Position numbers and translations under genes: made by a program. Below, piece after piece: positions 6,486 to 10,720 of a stretch of 10,720 bases of DNA (position 1 is the stretch's first letter; each line of letters opens with the position of its first letter). The DNA comes from Elusimicrobiota bacterium (lineage in GTDB: Bacteria; CG03; SLGR01; JAGXOG01), in assembly GCA_051745145.1 (NCBI GenBank), contig JBNJDT010000050.1, positions 1-10,720 on the forward strand. Reading direction: 5' to 3'. The notes beneath the pieces are model-generated. The model was given only the letters and a program-made list of their open reading frames with translations, did no database searches and was not told the DNA's origin.

Positions 6486-8983
6486 TTTACTATAGCCAAC
6501 TTCTTTACGACCTCATCATCTCTGTCATCTCCGGAAGCTTTAATTCGGTATACATACACTCCGGAAGCAATATTTGAAATATCCCATTCTATTTCCTGCC
6601 ATTTTCCGATCTCTTCAGAGGAGTAAGTTTCTTTAAAACTTTTAACCGCCTCCCCGGCGACATTAAATACTTTAATCTCTATTTCGGCCTCTCTTTCTAT
6701 CAGAAATTTAAATGTAGCTTCATTACCGGGAGCCGGATTCGGATAAGTATATACATTCTCTTCCGTAATTATCTCTTCTCCTCCCACATGCTGGCCTAAT
6801 CTGTAATAAGAAAACCTATTTACTTTTGCACGGACTTTATTTTCAGAAGGTACGGCTTCGGAAGTATCCACCATTCTCCATTTACTATCCTGTACATCGT
6901 ACCAGTAAATCCTCAAAAGTTCTTCCGTCATACCTGATATATCATTCTCCCCGTAAACCAGTTCCATCCGGGCGGAAGACTTGAATTTTTGGTCGGGATC
7001 AATACTAAAACGCCAGGCCAAGGACGTGGGCATCCACGGACTTAAAGTATCTCCCTCAGGTATATTATCTCCCCTCATCCGCTCGATCTTTACCCTGCTG
7101 TCTTGTTTGAGAATTTCCGGGGGGAAATAAACTTTAGTCCCGCCGGGGAGCTGGGCTGTTCCTCCATCTTTAGCGGAAATATCAAACCAGACAAAACTAT
7201 CATCAATGTACACTGAAGAAATTTCAGAATTTTTAGATTCACTGTGGGAATCAAAACTTCTTACCGTATAGTAATATGTGGTAAAGGGGTCAAGTTCATC
7301 GTCATAGAAAGATTCCTCGCCGGCGGATTTAGAATCAAGTGGAGTTGAATAATCAAAAGTGGCCGTGGAAGTTTCCGCCCGGTAAATATTATAACCTTCA
7401 ACATCATCATTTCCGGCGCCGTCATCGGAAGATTTTTCCCATGAAAGTTGTGCACTTCCTCCTTTTACGGTCTCTGCTTTTAAATCCGAGACAGGCCCCG
7501 GCGGATTATCTACATTAACGGTTGTTAAAGCCTTCCCCGATTTTGATGTTTCCTGTACAGTAAGCTTAAGAGACCATACTCCATCTTCCAAACTACTTAC
7601 GTTCCAATTGTCCAGTACCCCGCTGTCTATTTGAACTGTAGAAGTAAAAATTTCATTCCATGCAGAAGGATCTTCACCAGATCCATAAGAAAGGTTGTAC
7701 TCTTCAAACTCAGGATAGGCCCTGGCTGTTCCCCTGATAACATTGGAACTGCCCGATACCACATCATCTCTTTTCGGGGTAACAATAGAGGCGGCATTGC
7801 CCGCTTTCCACACAGAAATTTCTCCGCTGCCTGAAACCGCCGCCACATAACCATCGGATACGGCCGGAGAATTGACAATCTCCGTGGTAGAGGAATCAAC
7901 TTCAAGAGAAATCATCCGGTCGCCGGGCTCAACTCCCTCCTCCGCGTTTTTATAAGTATAGAAGCTTTTTATCTGACCGTTTTCAGTTCCCGTATAAACT
8001 GCCCCATCAGTTACCGCGGGGGTAGGCTGATACTGATTGTCCCGGGACTGGGCAAGTTCTTTTTTCCAGTTAAGCTCAAGGGTCAGGGCATCCAGGCAGT
8101 AAAGAACCTGTACGGTAGAGGACATTACCACATAAAGATTTTCATCCTCATCACTGGCCACCGAAGAAGTATAAACTCCTTCGCCGCCGGTATTAAGTTC
8201 AGGAGATTTTGCGGAAACGCTTTTATCCGTATCCAGGGCGTATATCTTTCTTATAGTGTCCCCGGGAGCAAAATAAAGGATACCGTCCCAAACGGAGACC
8301 GAAGACAGTCTAAAAATACCTGTTTCGGTAGAATACTTCCAAACTTTATCTAAATTTTCATCCAGTTTATAAACACTCCCGTCATTGGCAGCGGAATATA
8401 TATAGCCATTATAGTAAAGCGGCGAAGACCATACGGGCTGTCCCGGAGTAAAGATATCCAGGGTGAGCGTCCCTTCAGTTGTTAAACGCACAATATCATT
8501 TTTAGGAGTTCCCCGGCCCACATATATGCCCTTTTCTGTAATAACCGGCGAAGAAACGCCATCACACTCCAGATCAACACTCCACTTTATATTACCGTCG
8601 GTGGCGTCCAGCGAGTAAAATACCCCCTCCTTTGTAAAGGCGTAGACCGTATTATTTTCAATAGCCGGCGTCGAGTCAACCCAGCTGCCCAACGACGTTT
8701 GCCACTTTACTTCTCCGCTTGAAATATCAAAAGCATAAATAGCGCCGGACCGGGATGCAGTATACAATATTTCATCCGATATTACCGGTGAAGCAACAGC
8801 ATCGTCGTACATATCGTACTCCCATTCGCCTTCAAGGGGGAGCATTGCCCATTGCCTGCTCGAAGAAGTCCGGCTTTTATTTCCCAAAAACATAGGCCAG
8901 TCAGAACTTTCAGCAAAAGAACTGGATACCGGACTAAATAACATACCTAATACTAAAAAGATTTTAAATAGTTTCTTTTTCAT
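6482..8983 (-). CDS. Secreted PQQ-like beta-propeller protein with Ig-like, FN3, ZU5-like and T9SS type-A-like C-terminal domains
   Basis: Signal peptide ending SSFA; DWPMFLGNKSRT and repeated SPVI / YAFD..GEVKW propeller blades; FN3 PPGPVSDL...LSWE...GYNIYR...YYYTVRSFD; ZU5-like ISAKDGGT...VYFPP...LRIYWYD...VNRFSYY; CTD VYTYPNP...IKVFNVAGEAV...WD..IASGVYVYRI...KKLAIVK. Confidence 0.88.
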   Translation of the reverse strand: MKKKLFKIFLVLGMLFSPVSSSFAESSDWPMFLGNKSRTSSSRQWAMLPLEGEWEYDMYDDAVASPVISDEILYTASRSGAIYAFDISSGEVKWQTSLGSWVDSTPAIENNTVYAFTKEGVFYSLDATDGNIKWSVDLECDGVSSPVITEKGIYVGRGTPKNDIVRLTTEGTLTLDIFTPGQPVWSSPLYYNGYIYSAANDGSVYKLDENLDKVWKYSTETGIFRLSSVSVWDGILYFAPGDTIRKIYALDTDKSVSAKSPELNTGGEGVYTSSVASDEDENLYVVMSSTVQVLYCLDALTLELNWKKELAQSRDNQYQPTPAVTDGAVYTGTENGQIKSFYTYKNAEEGVEPGDRMISLEVDSSTTEIVNSPAVSDGYVAAVSGSGEISVWKAGNAASIVTPKRDDVVSGSSNVIRGTARAYPEFEEYNLSYGSGEDPSAWNEIFTSTVQIDSGVLDNWNVSSLEDGVWSLKLTVQETSKSGKALTTVNVDNPPGPVSDLKAETVKGGSAQLSWEKSSDDGAGNDDVEGYNIYRAETSTATFDYSTPLDSKSAGEESFYDDELDPFTTYYYTVRSFDSHSESKNSEISSVYIDDSFVWFDISAKDGGTAQLPGGTKVYFPPEILKQDSRVKIERMRGDNIPEGDTLSPWMPTSLAWRFSIDPDQKFKSSARMELVYGENDISGMTEELLRIYWYDVQDSKWRMVDTSEAVPSENKVRAKVNRFSYYRLGQHVGGEEIITEENVYTYPNPAPGNEATFKFLIEREAEIEIKVFNVAGEAVKSFKETYSSEEIGKWQEIEWDISNIASGVYVYRIKASGDDRDDEVVKKLAIVK

Positions 8984-8987
8984 AAAA

Positions 8988-10720
8988 TCATGGTCCTATG
9001 TTAATTGCGTGCAACCTTCCGTCGGAAGTTCCTACATAAAGTCTATTAGTATTTTTATCTACCACAGGAGGCGATATAATAGACGCCCCTAGATAATAGG
9101 GGAAACCATCTCTCATAGTCAGACCGTCGGAGCTCGATACGGCGTAAAGATATCCTTTACTATCCCCGAAATAAACATAGTCATTGTCTATATCTAAATA
9201 ATTACCCGGAAGCATAACCGGACCGGTCCGGATTGCTCCCTCGGCCTGAAAAGGCTGGTTCCATTTAAGAGTTCCGCTGACCATGTCTACCCTATATAAT
9301 TTACCATCATCGTTTCCAAAATACAAGGAGCTTTGGTTTATTCCCTTATGTATATTGCCCTTTATCGGAGCTCCCGTTTCAAAAGCCCCGTCCGGATGGT
9401 CTGTCCTGTCTTTCCACCCGTCCGGTATTGTAGAAAGATTTCCGGAAGTCCGGCAGTAAACCCGTCCGTCATCGGAAGGAACAAACAGAAAATTTGTTTC
9501 CAGATCTTCGTTGTACTTTCCGGTATTAATTACCGGACTGGTATATATCGAATCTTCGGCCGTAAAGTTTGAGGTTATGGTTCCGTCACTGAGCTGGAGC
9601 CGGTATACATTATTATCCGTAGAAGCAGCCCAAAGTGCGCTAACTCCCCGCCAGCCGTCCTGAACCGCAGGCTGACCTGTAAGGTCCCCTGAAAGCTGGC
9701 CGTCCCACCCGGAAACACTTTCTCCCGTATCCGGTTTTAATTTGTAAATATCCCCACCTGAGGTTGTGGCATAGACATACTCTCTTTCCACCACCGAATT
9801 AACTTTATCTTTTAAACTCCTTTCCCACAATAAAGAATATGAATCACCATCATCCCGTAATTTATGGATATACCCTCCGGCGTCCCCAAAATATATACTT
9901 CCGTCGCCGGTATCTCCGTATATATTGGACCTTACCGGACCTTCAGCAGTATAAGACCATTTTTTGGCTCCGCCCCCTGTAAGGGCAGTAAAAATCCCGT
10001 CTTCTGAACCGGTATATACATTTCCGGTGTCTATATTATCAATGTATGGAGTACCAGCCACATTGGAAAAACTCTCCGAAACAGCCGTCCAATCGGACTG
10101 AACTTCCCCTACCGGAGTTACTTCAATTGTCGTACTTAAAGAAACTTCCTCAAAATCCTGCCGGACGCCGGATATATCTTCTGCTATTACGGTATCGCTG
10201 CTGGTATCAATTTGTGCTCTGAAAACATCCACGGAAGAAGTATCAGCGGACGAGGAGAGCTCAACTCCGGCAAAGAAAGTTTCCGTACTGCCAGGTTCTA
10301 TGGGGTACCGGGAGGCGGCCTCAGTATCTACATTTATTTTCTGTTTCCCTTCCGATAAGTTAAAGGCCTGGGAATCTATTTCCCCCATAAATGTATCCCG
10401 GTTTTTCTCAAATACAACTTCTTTATTAGAATCGGTGGAATTATAAGCTACAAACATACTGTCAAAAAGCTCCCCGGCCTGCCCGGTATCCAAAGGAGCT
10501 GTCCCTTTATCTAAGTATATATTAAGACTTTCAAGTCTCAGAGTATTATAATCAGCCGGGGAATTATTGGTTATATCAATCCTGAAAAGGGCAATCCTGC
10601 TGGAAGCGTTAGCCGATCCGAAAGAGGGAACCTGGGAATAGGAATTTGGAGTATGAATTGAGGCATCGTAGACAATTCCGTTCCTTAATATATTTTCCGC
10701 TGCTCCCTGGCTGTCATCCG
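8988..10720 (-). CDS. Large acidic protein with a C-terminal PQQ-like beta-propeller (5' end outside the window)
   Basis: The track starts it at TTG 10493, but the frame has no stop up to 10720 (...DDSQGAAENILRNGIVYDASIHTPNSYSQVPSFGSANASSRIALFRIDITNNSPADYNTLRLESLNIYLDKGTAPL). Blade repeats VYTGSEDG, IYFGDAGG, LYFGNDDG, VYFGDSKG, LYVGTSDG. Confidence 0.85.
   Translation of the reverse strand, partial: DDSQGAAENILRNGIVYDASIHTPNSYSQVPSFGSANASSRIALFRIDITNNSPADYNTLRLESLNIYLDKGTAPLDTGQAGELFDSMFVAYNSTDSNKEVVFEKNRDTFMGEIDSQAFNLSEGKQKINVDTEAASRYPIEPGSTETFFAGVELSSSADTSSVDVFRAQIDTSSDTVIAEDISGVRQDFEEVSLSTTIEVTPVGEVQSDWTAVSESFSNVAGTPYIDNIDTGNVYTGSEDGIFTALTGGGAKKWSYTAEGPVRSNIYGDTGDGSIYFGDAGGYIHKLRDDGDSYSLLWERSLKDKVNSVVEREYVYATTSGGDIYKLKPDTGESVSGWDGQLSGDLTGQPAVQDGWRGVSALWAASTDNNVYRLQLSDGTITSNFTAEDSIYTSPVINTGKYNEDLETNFLFVPSDDGRVYCRTSGNLSTIPDGWKDRTDHPDGAFETGAPIKGNIHKGINQSSLYFGNDDGKLYRVDMVSGTLKWNQPFQAEGAIRTGPVMLPGNYLDIDNDYVYFGDSKGYLYAVSSSDGLTMRDGFPYYLGASIISPPVVDKNTNRLYVGTSDGRLHAINIGP

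Noticed and set aside
6170..9572. Nested ORFs 6170-6364, 7261-7455, 7627-7905, 7631-7834 and 9333-9572
   Set aside because: Short alternative-frame or antisense ORFs wholly inside long, well-supported genes, with no recognisable motifs.
10491..10493. TTG start proposed by the ORF track
   Set aside because: The reading frame stays open to the window edge, and no signal peptide follows this codon.
6482..10720. Calling the propeller proteins BamB or PQQ-dependent dehydrogenases
   Set aside because: The 833-aa protein has no lipobox and carries extra FN3/CTD domains. No quinoprotein active-site features such as a vicinal Cys-Cys were seen. Only the repeat fold is supported.
1..10720. CRISPR array, IS element, integrase or prophage (the SLT could suggest phage)
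   Set aside because: No spaced direct repeats, transposase, integrase or phage structural genes were seen; the SLT is coupled to wza.

Overview
All credible genes lie on the minus strand, and the window looks like a cell-envelope locus of a diderm bacterium. In transcription order (right to left): (1) a large acidic protein, cut by the window edge, ending in a PQQ-like beta-propeller; (2) an 833-aa secreted protein with a PQQ-like propeller, Ig-like, FN3 and ZU5-like domains and a T9SS type-A-like C-terminal sorting domain; (3) a PorV/PorQ (UPF0164)-family outer-membrane barrel with an unexplained 176-aa C-terminal extension; (4) an NTP_transf_5-like nucleotidyltransferase; (5) an AT-rich block of two stand-alone receiver proteins flanking a YfiM/DUF2279-like membrane protein; and (6) a translationally coupled lytic transglycosylase - Wza-like OPX - Wzc-like BY-kinase trio, with wzc running off the left edge. 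The Wzc gene and the 5' extension of gene (1) are missing from the ORF track and were translated by hand. The most interesting candidate system is the coupled 'CTD cargo + PorV-like barrel + nucleotidyltransferase' unit next to a polysaccharide export module. No RNA genes, CRISPR arrays or mobile elements were seen. Family calls come from motif recognition, not database searches.
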